Under the pieces are notes generated by a model, which was given only the letters and a program-made list of their open reading frames with translations, had not been told where the DNA came from and did not search any database. The translations under genes were made by a program, and so were the position numbers. Positions 25,501 to 37,817 of a stretch of DNA of 64,000 nt are shown here, piece by piece (positions within the stretch are counted from its first letter, which is position 1; every line of letters starts with the position of its first letter). The DNA comes from Eledone cirrhosa (Eukaryota): the NCBI GenBank assembly GCA_964016885.1, contig OZ024743.1, positions 175,088,001 through 175,152,000 of the forward strand, in the 5' to 3' direction.

Positions 25501-25554
25501 CTGCCTGATGAGGTCATAGCCATTCAATGGCTATCATCGAAATATATATAGCAG
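25501..25554 (+). ncRNA. Type I hammerhead ribozyme
   Basis: ctgc-CTGATGA-ggtc atagccat tca atggctat catc-GAAA-tatat-ATA-gcag; about 135 nt upstream of a (TA)n junction. Confidence 0.8.
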
Positions 25555-25686
25555 CAAATAAAGGATTATGAGTTCATGCAATTGACTTATGTTTCGTCAC
25601 TATTATAACTCCGGAACTTATATCTTCGTTGAGTGGTCCCTATCCGCATACTGAAGTACTGGATTTTACCAACACTTACTTTCTTG

Positions 25687-25767
<81 letters not shown>

Positions 25768-25770
<3 letters not shown>

Positions 25771-25962
25771 ATCGAGTAGGACCCCGACTGCTGAGCTCAA
25801 GCCGTTTCGACGTCTAATTCTGGACTAAACAGAATTAGCCGTCGAAACGGCTTGAGCTCAGCCGTCGGGGTCCTACTCGTTCCTATTACCCACTCTACTA
25901 CCCTAAGTATTGAGTACTTTGGTGCGTTATGGTCCATCTGGTTCCTTACCACATTTCCTTCG

Positions 25963-25965
<3 letters not shown>
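25768..25965 (+). mobile_element. Family A mini-insertion with inverted copy
   Basis: Inverted arm 25768-25829, then direct HHR 3' half and tail ending ccttcgtta; inside (TA)n. Confidence 0.8.
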
Positions 25966-26032
<67 letters not shown>

Positions 26033-26036
<4 letters not shown>

Positions 26037-26546
26037 GAGAGTTATAAACTCAAACAGTCTTTTACAATTAAATAGCTCAAAGAAAGAGATATTTCTGAGC
26101 CGTGTAATACAAATGAATATATGATAGGGATAAACACTAATACAATTATATAAGTGTTTGTATTGCAAATGACCAAGTTAGCTAGATTGAAAAATACTAA
26201 TTAAATTAATACAGTTTGCCTGTCTCGATTTAAAATAACACATTTCTCTCAGTCTTCCTAAGTATTTTGAAGTGAAACATACCAATTTCTGGATACCTGC
26301 AGATGAGCACAGGAATGGGAATTTTCACTTAATTGTTGCGAAACAAATTTAAGTTTTGAAATTTAAATTTGTCCGGGTATCACGGCTATTTCCAATATAG
26401 GTTTGTTTTTATTGATTTATTATTTTAAATCGAGACAGGAAAACTGTATTAATTTAATTAGTATTTTTCAATCTAGCTAACTTGGTCATTTGCAATACAA
26501 ACACTTACATACTTGTATTAGTGTTTATCCCTATCATATATTCATT

Positions 26547-26551
<5 letters not shown>
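26033..26551 (-). mobile_element. Short foldback insertion (pLTR-type end plus inverted arm)
   Basis: About 26108-26238 is the reverse complement of about 26420-26551; unique about 75-nt tail on the left; (TA)n flanks. Confidence 0.65.
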
Positions 26552-26618
<67 letters not shown>

Positions 26619-26859
26619 TTATCGTATTTGCACGAAAACAACTGGAGCTGATTTATCTGTGTTGGCCCTATCAATACTCAAAGATTCACGTAATAAATTC
26701 ATTGTTTCAGAGTGGCAATTCATTATTCGATATAGAAAGACTGCGAATAAATAAGACAGACAACAATACATAGCCATTACCTAGACCATAGTGGCGTCTA
26801 GGGCACCAACTGTACATGTGGCTATCATTATAATTAGACATCCACACAAATTGCATAAT

Positions 26860-27290
26860 CTGGTCATTTAACCACGGTCACATCAGCATCTTCTAATATA
26901 CACGAGGTCCATCTGCGAGCGATAGCTAACCCCTCGAAGGTTGAGGTCACAAAAGCAATTAAAGAGCTCAAAAATGGCCAAGCCGCTGCGGATGATGAAA
27001 TTCGGCCCGAGATTTTAAAAGCCTTAAATAGAGAAAGTATTCTCTGGCTTACTTGTGTATGCCGGGAGAACTTGATTTCTGGAAAGATACCTACACAATA
27101 GCAATCGGGAATGATAAGCCTAATTTTCAAAAAGAGAGACAAGAGTGATTGCGCCAATTATGAAGGGATCTCCTTGTTAAATCTCCCCGGTAAAAGTGTC
27201 TAGCAAAGAGATGTAGGGGTATTGTCATGTTCAAGCCAGCTGACGAACAGGGTGGTTTTCACCCCTTTGAGAAATTGTGAGTGTATTGCC
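26860..27290 (+). pseudogene. Decayed RTE-type RT fragment
   Basis: EVTKAIKELKNGQAAADDEIRPEILKAL...IFKKRDKSDCANYEGISLL. Confidence 0.75.
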
Positions 27291-27596
27291 AAGCAGTGTA
27301 TTGATGAACATTTATAAAATAATAGGAAGCAGGAGGACCTCCATCCATCCATCCATCCATCCATCCATCCATACATACATACATACATACATCCATCCAT
27401 CCATCCATACATACATACATACATACATACATACATACATACATACATCCATCCATACATACATACATACATACTCAAGCGAAAATTAAAATTGCTAAAT
27501 AGATTTTCATAGTGAATATACAAACACACAGTTATTGAATGAATAGATGTAGCTTGTTAAGAATCAAAGTATTAATTCCCTACTTAAAAGCATTCT

Positions 27597-27651
<55 letters not shown>

Positions 27652-27989
27652 ATCGTTCTCTTATACTTCCTCTTAACCCGTTCGTCTTGATAATCTAGCT
27701 ATTTGACTTTACTAGAAATCTAATTTTTTTAAAGATATCCCAAACACATATGTTTCAGAATTCCATCAATCAAAGTGTTTCTTTCTTCCAATAAAACGCT
27801 TATTCAAACGAAGCCTAGAAAGAATCTCTATAGCATTGTTTGATCTCTTAGAACTAGCAATCTCACTTTCAAATCAAATTATAATACACAAAAAGATAAC
27901 AGTTGCATTAGACATTATAATATAAAACAGAAATAAACGAGGAAACAGTCATCGTTGATCTGTCATGCATTGTCATGACTAGTATAACG

Positions 27990-28362
27990 ATTTCTACTAT
28001 AGGCACAAAGCCAGGATGTTTGAAGGAGAGGGGAAAGTCGATTAAATCTACTCCAGTGCGTTACTGGTGCTTTATTTTATCGACCACGTGCGGATGAAAG
28101 GCAAAGTTAACCTCGGCGAGATTTGAACTCAGTCCATAAAGGGCCATAACTCTACCGATACTGCCAATAAACGAAATAATTGTTTCTACTTTTTGGCACA
28201 AGGCCAGCAATTAATCAGTGCATTACTGGTACTTTATGTTATCGACCCCGTAAGGATGAAAGGCAAAGTTAACCTCGGCGGGATTCGAACTCAGAATGGC
28301 AAGGCCCATAACTCTGTGCGTCAAAGCATAGCGTCCAACCCTCTACCGATACTGCCAATCCA
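27990..28362 (-). mobile_element. Two tandem tRNA-derived SINE copies
   Basis: gaaaggcaaagttaacctcggc...gaactcag at about 28095 and about 28258. Confidence 0.85.
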
Positions 28363-28519
28363 CCACGAAATAATAGTAACAAATAGGGATTCACAAATAC
28401 TACATGAATATATGTGTATATGAGTGTGTATATATGTGTGTCTATGCGAGTGTGTTTGTATGTGGTAGGGGATTCGGCTCACGATCGTAAGGTCGTGAGT
28501 TCAATTTCCGACCCTCAGA

Positions 28520-30560
28520 AGAAGTTATTATTCGAAAATTATTTGAAGAAAATTTTTGGTCAAATATGGGGGAAGATTTTTGAGATTTTCTGTAAATTTT
28601 AGAAATAATTTAAAAGAATAACATCAAAACTTTTTCGAAACAATTGATTTTAAAATAATTTTGCGAGAAGATTTGTTGAAATAATAATAGCAATGGAAAA
28701 TTGTGAGGAAAATGTTTCGAAAGTAAATTTGGGGTGTCATTTGCTAAATTTAAAGAAAATATTTAAAGAAAATATTGAGAAATGTTTTACAGATAAATAT
28801 TTACAGAATATTTTTATGAAAATATTTGAGAAATGTTTAGGAAATGTTTTGAAAAATTCAAAGAGAATTTCACATGAAGAATTTTGAAACAATTTGAGAA
28901 AAATATTCAGAAAGATTTGATGAAAATTTTTCATAAAAATTTCGAGGAATATTTCTGAGGAAAATTTTAAGAAAAACTTTCGAAGAAATTGAGAAACATT
29001 TTCGAACAAAATGTGTAGGGAATTTTTGCTAAATCTTTTTCAAAAACATCTTTATGAAATGTTTAAGAGAATTGTTGAGAACTGTTTTTAAGAAACCTTT
29101 TGTGAGACTTTTTGGGAAAATTCTGATGAAATTTTTGTAATATAATACAAATTATCTGACAAACATTTTTAGATCATTACGCACATTCATTTTAAACTAG
29201 CTTTCAAATGCTCTGTTAACTCTATTGCTAAATCACTTTTATTTTACTTCATTTTTTTCAAAATAGATTTGAATAGAAGCAACTTAAAATTTCTTTTGGT
29301 CATCGAGGTGAAGGTGATGATAGAGGGGAAAATGTGATGCTGGTGGGACTGGTGGCGGCGGCCGCGGTGAGGAGGGGAGAAACAGAGTAGGTGAAATAAA
29401 ATTCGACAAAGTTACCCATGAAATGTGTAAAAGTTTTGAAAAAACATTCATCATAATTTTCTCCAATTTTAAAAAAAAATCTTCATCAAAATTTTTCAAA
29501 AAATCTTCTTTAAACTTTCTTCAAAAACCTACATTAAAAGTTGTTTTCAGATTTTTTCCACGTTTCCTAAAACGTTTCTTAAAGTTTCTCAAGTATTTCA
29601 AGCATTTTCCCAAAAATTTACTCAAAATAAAAAACAAATTTCTATAAACGATCTTTCTAAAATTCAAAGTTTCCTCAAAGTTATTCCCGATCTTTTATAA
29701 ATCATCAAAATTTCATCTTAAATTTTCACAAAATATTCTAAAAATATATATCTATTGGAAATTAGGAAAATTTCGAGGAAATTGAGAAAAAATTTTGAGA
29801 AATAGCAGGAACGTTTTTGAAAGAATTTTAGGTCAAATATTTAAAAAATATTTTCGTGAAATTTTTATGAAATATTTTGCACATTTAAAAAAAAATTACC
29901 TTTGAATAGAAACAACTTAAATTTTCTTTCATGATCGAGGCAGAAGTCATGATATATAGAAGATAATGAGGATGTGGTGGTGGTGGTGGGAAGATCTGCC
30001 ACGGTGAGGGAATGGAAACAGGGAGCCGGTCAGTCTGAAGTAAAATTTGTTAAAGTTATCCATGAAATATGTAAAATTTTCTAACAGACTTTTCTCTTAA
30101 TTTTTCAAAATTCTTCAGCAAAAGTTTTCAAAACTTTACATCAAAGATATTTTTTAACTTCTTAAATTTTCCCTTAAAAAGTTTCCGAAAAATTTACTAA
30201 AAAATTCTTCAAATTTATTTTTTAAATTGAAAACGTTTCCTCAAAATATTTCCCAACACTTTTGAATAAGTCATTAAAATTTTATTCAAAACTTTTCTCA
30301 TATTATTCCAAAAGAATATTGAAAAAATGTTTTGAGTAAATCGGAGAAAACGATTGAGAGAATTTTAGGCGAGATGTTTTCAAAAAGATTTTGGGAAAAT
30401 CTTTGGAAAAAGTTTTGATGAAATATTTAGCAATTTTTTTGAGAATATTTTCATTAAATCTCGCAAAACAAATTCAAATACGAATTTTCATTTAATTTTT
30501 CAAGAAAACTTCTGAAAAAAAAAAAAAAATTTGTTAATAATTTTGAGATTGTATAGAAGA
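28520..30560. repeat. AT-rich degenerate repeat with about 630-bp units
   Basis: tttgaatagaa.caacttaaa...atcgagg recurs at about 29268 and about 29900; alternating GAAA-rich and TTTC-rich blocks. Confidence 0.6.
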
Positions 30561-31275
30561 CGATATATAATAAACTAGAAATAACACGTATAAAGGATAT
30601 CAGAAACTACAATTGTTGAGAAAATATCTATGATTGATTCTTTTAATTGAAGAAAAATTCCTAAAGATTTTGCAACAAACGTTAGTGGTTAGGTTGGAAG
30701 CTTAAATAATTGCACGTTACTTTTCATATAAAAAGAATGAAAAATGGACAAAAAGAAAATGAAATAAAAACAAAACAAACCAAAACCCCCCAAAAATCTA
30801 CAAAAGAAAAACGAAAACGAATCGAAAGTACAAATATCAATTTATAGACACATGCATTATTGATTGTATGGTTAAAAGAGTTCGTTTTGCAACCACATGG
30901 TTTTGTTTTCAGACCCGCTGCCTGGAACCTTGGACAGACGACTACAATGTACAATGCCCCTCGTATATATATATATATATTGCTTTGTTATCGAGCGATT
31001 GCTAGACAATATGATCGATATCATTGTGCATTGATCAAAATTATTCTAGTATATAATCGGCCATTAGTACAATATATAGGATTATTGTACTGCATTGTAC
31101 TCCTGTGTTGTTTTTCCAGGTTTTCATTACAAAGATACATACATACATATATATACATACATATATACATGCATACATACATACATACATACATACATAC
31201 ATGATGTCTGCCGCCTCGTTATCGAGTATGGCCATTGCACGATGTAACATTATTAATAATTATTAATTAATCCTA

Positions 31276-31525
31276 TCATGCAATGCCTGTGCGTGAAGAT
31301 ATTTTTTAATGTGAGGAAAGACTGTGCACTGAGCCAATCACACTCTCTGAGCGACAGTAGCTATAACCCGAAAAGTAAAAAAGATCAACATCATCGGTAA
31401 CTACTGAGCCGCAGGTTTCATATCGGAGTTATCCCAGTTTCCCGAGTTGCATTTTCCTAGAAAATTGCCCTGGTTTAACCGCGCGATCGGGTATCCAGAC
31501 CGACTATTTCTATGTCTCCACGCAT
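31276..31525 (-). repeat. Dispersed about 280-bp repeat (copy 1)
   Basis: Highly similar to 46322-46600. Confidence 0.8.
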
Positions 31526-31857
31526 ATACATGCACATTCACACATGCATATACATATATACATACATATGTACATGTGTATATACATATTTACACATTTT
31601 GGGATGGCCGTTGCCTCTTATGAGTTCTTCCGCTCTTTGTCAATTTTATTTTTTTGTCCTTCAGGGTGTCCAAAATCACCCTCCTCACCAAGTAAACTTG
31701 GTGGGGTTGTCGGTGTAGTCCCCGACAACCCGACCATGTGACAGGTTGTACTGGGTTGCATGTTACCAGTACACTCAAGAATGACCCGACATACATACAT
31801 ACATACATACATACATACATACATACATACATACATACATACATACATACGTACATA

Positions 31858-34062
31858 AGATGTATACAGCCTGCCTGAACCTATTCCTCCAAGATCACCG
31901 TGAAAATAATAACATCATCACAGATGAACAAGCAGCTGGAAAGAAAGGGGCTTGGGGATGTACTGAACAACTCCTAATCAACAAAACTGTGATGTCGGAG
32001 GTGCGACAACTTAGGAGGAATATGACTACAGTCTGGCTGGACTACAGAAAAGCTTTCAATTCTGCTCCACACTCTTGGATGATAGAGGCCCTCCAACTTG
32101 CTAAAGTCCCAGATATTATTGTCAGAGCCTTAGAGAGGCTGTCTTCTTCTTGGGCTACTATCCTAAGGTTAAAGACAGAGAGGGAGGACTCTATTTTCAC
32201 TGATAAAATAAAATATTACAGGGGTATATTTCAGGGGGACAGTCTCTCTGTGATATTATTCATCTTGTCATTAAACCCCTTGTCCTTTCTGCTCAAGAAA
32301 TGTGAGGGATACATCATTGGCTCACAGGAGGATAGAAATACGAACCTAACCCATAATTTCTTTGTGGACGATTTGAAACTCTATGCCAAGAACATGGATG
32401 GGATGAAGAAAAATCTTGACCTGGTTACAACGTTCTCAAAGAATATAGGAATGGAGTTTGGCCAAGATAAATGCTCATACATGACTGTAAAGCGGAGAAA
32501 AACAACAACCCAATCTAGCAACATTGTGATCAATGGCCTAACTGTTTCACCGATATCTGATGAGGACTGCTACAGATACCTGGGGATAGATGAGAACATA
32601 TCCTATAATAATCCTGTAATAAAGAACGCGTAACCAGGGAATACTATACGCGATTAAGAAAGATATGGTCATCGGAACTCTCTGAGCAAAACAAAACAGT
32701 GGCTCACAATGTGTTTGATGTGCCTGTCCTAACACCAACGTTTGGAACACTCAATTGGACGATAGACGTAATCCGAGCAGTTGATGCTGGAACTCGAAAA
32801 ATACTAAACAACACCGGAAACTTCCACATCAACAGTGACATAGACCGCCTTTACTTAAAATGTAAGCAGGGAGGCAGAGGCCTAACATCAGTCCAGACAA
32901 CATTTGAATGTCGCATCATATCTCTCCGACAACATCTACGAACCTCAAAGCGTAGGAGCCTGTTTCTCTAGCAAGTCTATCTGCATGAAACAGATAAGAT
33001 CATGAGAGTTGGGAAGGAACTCCTCGAGAGATATTCCCTGTGTGATAATCAAAAACTCACACCCAGGGAAGTCGCTCAGCAGTATCGCAGTAAATCCATG
33101 GGTGAAAAACTGGATGTTTATCAGCAAAAGAATCATGCATGGATATGTTGCCAGGAAGCTCCAGAGTGAGAGTAATATAGATAAGGAAAGTAGTCTGTCA
33201 AGGATACGCTTTTGCAATCCAAGAACAGGAGATTAACACGAAATACCTGATTCACAAAAGAGATAGGGATGCAGGCAAAACACCTAGATGTGATATCACC
33301 CATGTCATCAGCAGCTGTCCAAAGATGTCATCGTGGTACTATCTACCCATGAGGCATGATGTAGTGGTCAAAACACTGTACAATGCAGTTCATAAAAAAG
33401 ATAGCCCCGATAATAAACACATTAAAAGCTACAGCAATGTGGAAGATATCCATGTACATAATATGAAAGAGTACTGGTGGAATGTTCCAGTAAAAACCCC
33501 AATAAGATGCAGGCATAACAGACCAGATATTATGATATGGGATAGGGAGAAGAAAGCATGCACAGTAGTGGAAATTAGCTGCCCAGCAGATGCCAATATA
33601 ATATCAAAGATTAGCGAAAAGGAGAATATTTATGCAGAACTGATGAGAAATCTGCAGATACTCCACCCTGATTACACCTTCAGATTTATACCTGTGATTA
33701 TTGGGGCACTGGGGTATGTTAGTAACTGCCTCAATACAAATCTTGAGAAGCTAGGCTTCACAGGAACAGAAAGAACACAACTAGTTAGTAAATTACAAGT
33801 ACAATCCATTAATGGAACAGTAAAAATATGTAAAACATTCCAAAAAATTTGCATCTAATAACTACATATACACATATACAGATACAAAGCATATACACAT
33901 GCACACATACAACTCAAAAAACATACACATCCACACATACAATAATATCCATATCTACACATGCAGACATACATACATATCTACCTAGTTGATGTGTAAA
34001 TTCCAATGAGAGAGTCTCTCTCTATTGGTAAAAATTTGTGAAATTATAAAACCAGAAGACCA
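31858..34062 (+). mobile_element. 5'-truncated R4/Dong-like non-LTR retrotransposon (RT + RLE), disrupted
   Basis: WLDYRKAF, GIFQGDSLS, FVDDLK; RHD...HNRPDIMIWD...VEISCP...EKENIY restriction-like endonuclease; several frameshifts; between (TACA)n tracts. Confidence 0.92.
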
Positions 34063-34295
34063 TACATACATACATGATGGCTGCCCCCTCGTTATCGAGT
34101 ATGGCCATTGCACGAGAAAAAAAATATACATACACATACACATATATATACATATTAATAACAATAATAATAATAATAACAACAATAATAATAATAACGA
34201 CAACAACAACTATAATAATATACATATATATATATATACATACACACACACGCACACACATAAACATATCTATACACACACACACACGATAGCAA

Positions 34296-37200
34296 CTAAC
34301 AGCGCTGCGATCGAATGTGGCTTTTTAGCCCAGCCAATGATCTAAAATGTCTTGCACAGAGTCGGCAACCAAAACATTCACTGGGAATAGTCGGCTGTGG
34401 TTGGAGATCATGTACTTTTGCATGTCGCTTGAGCCCTCCTGCTGATTTACATTCTCTACCACATGTTTGGCAAGCATGATGAGTAGCATCTCCAACAGCA
34501 GCCTGGTAGTCAACCACTGGTCTTACTTTATGACTGCGAAGATGACTTTCGAGTCCAGCTTTGCTTAGGCAGAGTCTCGCACAGACGCTGCATGTCAGCA
34601 CCATAGGAGGACCCTCGCCGTCTGGAAGTGCAACAGCAATGCCCTTCCTCACATCCCGCTTTACTTTCTCATATGCGATTCGAGATGTCTCAAAGGCAAC
34701 TTTCCCCTCATATACAGTCTTTCTCCATTTATTACGATCAGCAACAATATTTTCCCATGTATCAGCAGAGATGTTAGCGTCTTTCAAAGAGGCTTTCAAG
34801 GAATCCTTATACCTCTTTTTTGGTTTATGTGGCGGTCGTTTTCCTTTAATTAACTCTCCATAAAAGAGTTGTTTTGGTATTCTAGAATCCTTCATCCTGG
34901 CAAGATGACCACTCCAACGGAGTCGTTGCTTAAACACAAGAGCTTCTATACTGTCACACATAGAGCTTTCCAAAATCTCGACATCACTGATGTGGTCCCT
35001 CCAGTGAACGCCATGGATCCGTCTGAGACACATCTGATGGAAACGCTCCAATTGCTTAAGGTGGTGCCGATATGTGACCCAGGTCTCGCAGGCATAAAGA
35101 AGACAAGAGAGCACACATGCCTTGTACACCTTTACCTTTGTCCTCCTGCATATGTCTCGCCGACCCCAGAGTCACCTTTCTAGCTTTCCGAAAGCATCAC
35201 TTGCTTTCCTAATCCTAAGTGAGATTTCACTATCAAGGTTGCTGTATCGATTGACAGTGCTTCCCAGGTAGACAAGCTGATCAACCACTCCAAGTCGTTT
35301 ACCATACACATAGATATTTGGTTCAGTGTACTGCTTACCAGGGGCAGGTCGGTACATGACGACGGTTTTCTTGAGACTAACAGTCAATCCTAGGGCAGTG
35401 CAAGCGTCAGAAACGGCATTCAAAATGTGCTGCATATCACTCTCTGTGTGCGCTACAAGATCGCAATCATCTGCATACAAGAGGTCTCTTATGATTGATG
35501 TAAATACTTTTGTCTTTGCAGCAAAGCGCCTGATGTTAAATATGCTGCCTGAGGTTCGATATCGGATGTAAACACCATGCTCGCAATTCCTGAATGCAAT
35601 ACAGAAAACCATTGCAAAGTATATGGCAAACACGGTCGGTGCTGGAATATCCCCCTGTTTCACTCCAGTTTTTACTGAGATAGGCTCCGACATGTTACCT
35701 CCGACATTAACCCAAGCCTTCATGTCATCATGGAAAGACCTAACTAAAGCAAGGAACTTATCAGGGCAACCACGTTTCTGGAGAACCTTCCATAATGCAT
35801 CTCTGTTAACTGTATCGAAAGCTTTTGTCAGATCGACAAAAACCTGATACAGATCCAAACCTTGTTCCATCCACTTCTCCTGGAGCTGTCTAGCTGAGAA
35901 GATCATATCAATAGTGCCGCGTCCAGCACGAAAACAAGATTGACTTTCAGGAAGAACACAATCTGCAATGTGTGTCAGCAGACGGTCCAGCAGCACCCTA
36001 CATAAAACTTTCCCTACGACAGAAAGCAATGATATACCTCTGTAGTTTCCACAATCATTCCTGCTACCCTTTCCCTTGTACAAGACCACCATTACTGCAT
36101 CTCTCCAGTCGTCAGATACGGATTCATTAGCCCATATCCTGCCAAACAAAGAGTGAAGATGTTGCAGGAGTCTCTCACCACCATATTGTAGGAGCTCAGC
36201 ATGTATGCCATCCATACCTGGAGACCTTCCACTGTTCAGCTTCGAGATAGCCACTGCAACCTCCACAAGCGTTGGAGGTTCTGCGAGAGCTACTTTCACA
36301 GGACTTTCTGGAATGAGATTGAGGAAATCTTCACTGGCGACAGACGGCTGATTCAAAGATCATCAAAGAAGAAGGCGGTCCATAAACCTCACGTAAGAGA
36401 CTGTACAACAGCTTTGTGTCATTGGAATCTGACGCAGTTTGTATCTCACCAGCCTTCTCACTCCACCACTGATCCTTCATCTGAGAAAGACTCCGCCTAA
36501 CACGTGATTTTAAATCCTTGAGTTCCTTATGCAACGTATTCTTCTCCTGTAGTTTTGCCGTCAAGTAGCGTGACAGAGCACGCCTCTTATCAGCCAACAA
36601 GTCTTCTATATATTCATCATTCTCATTAAACCAGTCCTGATGTTTTCTCTGCACCAATCCCAGAACACGCCTGCCTACATCATAAACCGATTTTTTAAGG
36701 GTCGGCCAATCCTCACCAAGATCTGCAGCCTGCATCTCTTCTTCCAATGTCCTCTTCACATTTTTATCCTTAAGACGAGCAGCATTCAATCTTTTGGGCA
36801 GGGCAACACCAGGAGCCCGGATTTTACGTTTAGTGATTAGTTTCACTTTTGCGCGTACCAGGCGGTGGTCCGTCCAGCACTCAGCTCCACGAAGAACACG
36901 AACACACTGCACATCCTGTCTGTCACGCATCCTGACTAGGACGTAGTCCAAAAGATGCCATTCCTTAGATGCAGGATGCATCCATGTGGTCTTGAATTTG
37001 TTCTTTTGTTGGAACATGGTGTTGGTAACACACAGATCCAGCTCCTCACACATTTGCAGCAGGAACATACCTCACCCCATGCCTTCCGATTACATTCCAC
37101 GTGTTAAAATCCCTACCCACTCTAGCATTAAAGTCACCAAGCACGATGACTTTGTCTGCCTGAGGGATATTTCTTAAAACACCTTTCAAGGCATGGTAAA

Positions 37201-37740
37201 AGGACAGTTTTTCTTCATCGACAGAATTCATAGTTGGAGCATACACACTGACCAGGGTCGCATATCTTCCTTTGTCCAGCGGAATTCTCATGGACATAAG
37301 ACGCTCACTAATCCCTACTGGGAATTCTTCTAATTTATTCACAAGAACAGTCTTAACAGCAAATCCTAACCCCAGCTTTTCTTCTGGTTCCTTCATCTCT
37401 TCCTTTCCTGAAAAATGTATATTCTCCACAAAATTCTGTAAGATGACCATCTCCAGTTAACCTCGTCTCAGATAAAGCCACGATGTCAAGATCGAAACGT
37501 CGAAGCTCCTTTGCAACATGAGCGGTCCTTCGTTCAGGACGCTCCAAGGAATCCCTGTCAAGCAGCGTCCGTACTTTCCAGCAGCCAAGACTAAATACCT
37601 TGTTTGGCTCTCACGATGACGAGCGGGCCCAGGCTGTGATAACCCGGAGTCCCTGCCCTTATTGCCAATTATCTTTTTTGTTCCAGAACCTAAATTGCCA
37701 ATTATCTCTTTTATATTGTTCTGGAACGTCATTGAATTGG
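34296..37740 (-). mobile_element. Near full-length RTE-clade (BovB-like) LINE, frameshifted
   Basis: APE motifs ALSETR, SVYAPT, LGDFNARVG, LLDYVLV, TDH; RT motifs FVDLTKAFD, GVKQG, LLYADD; three C-terminal C2H2-like repeats. Confidence 0.95.
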
Positions 37741-37785
37741 GGAAAAAAAAAGTAATAATAATAGTAACAATAATAATAATAATAG

Positions 37786-37814
<29 letters not shown>

Positions 37815-37817
<3 letters not shown>

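Noticed and set aside
26295-26360. CAGATGA-gca...tgc-GAAAc motif
   Set aside because: No stem I, and orientation opposite to that expected from the tail
27235-27290. CTGACGA...GAAA hammerhead-like string
   Set aside because: No stem I or III; falls in decayed RTE coding sequence
28462-28515. tRNA-like sequence (also about 30865-30930)
   Set aside because: No complete cloverleaf; SINE head fragments rather than tRNA genes
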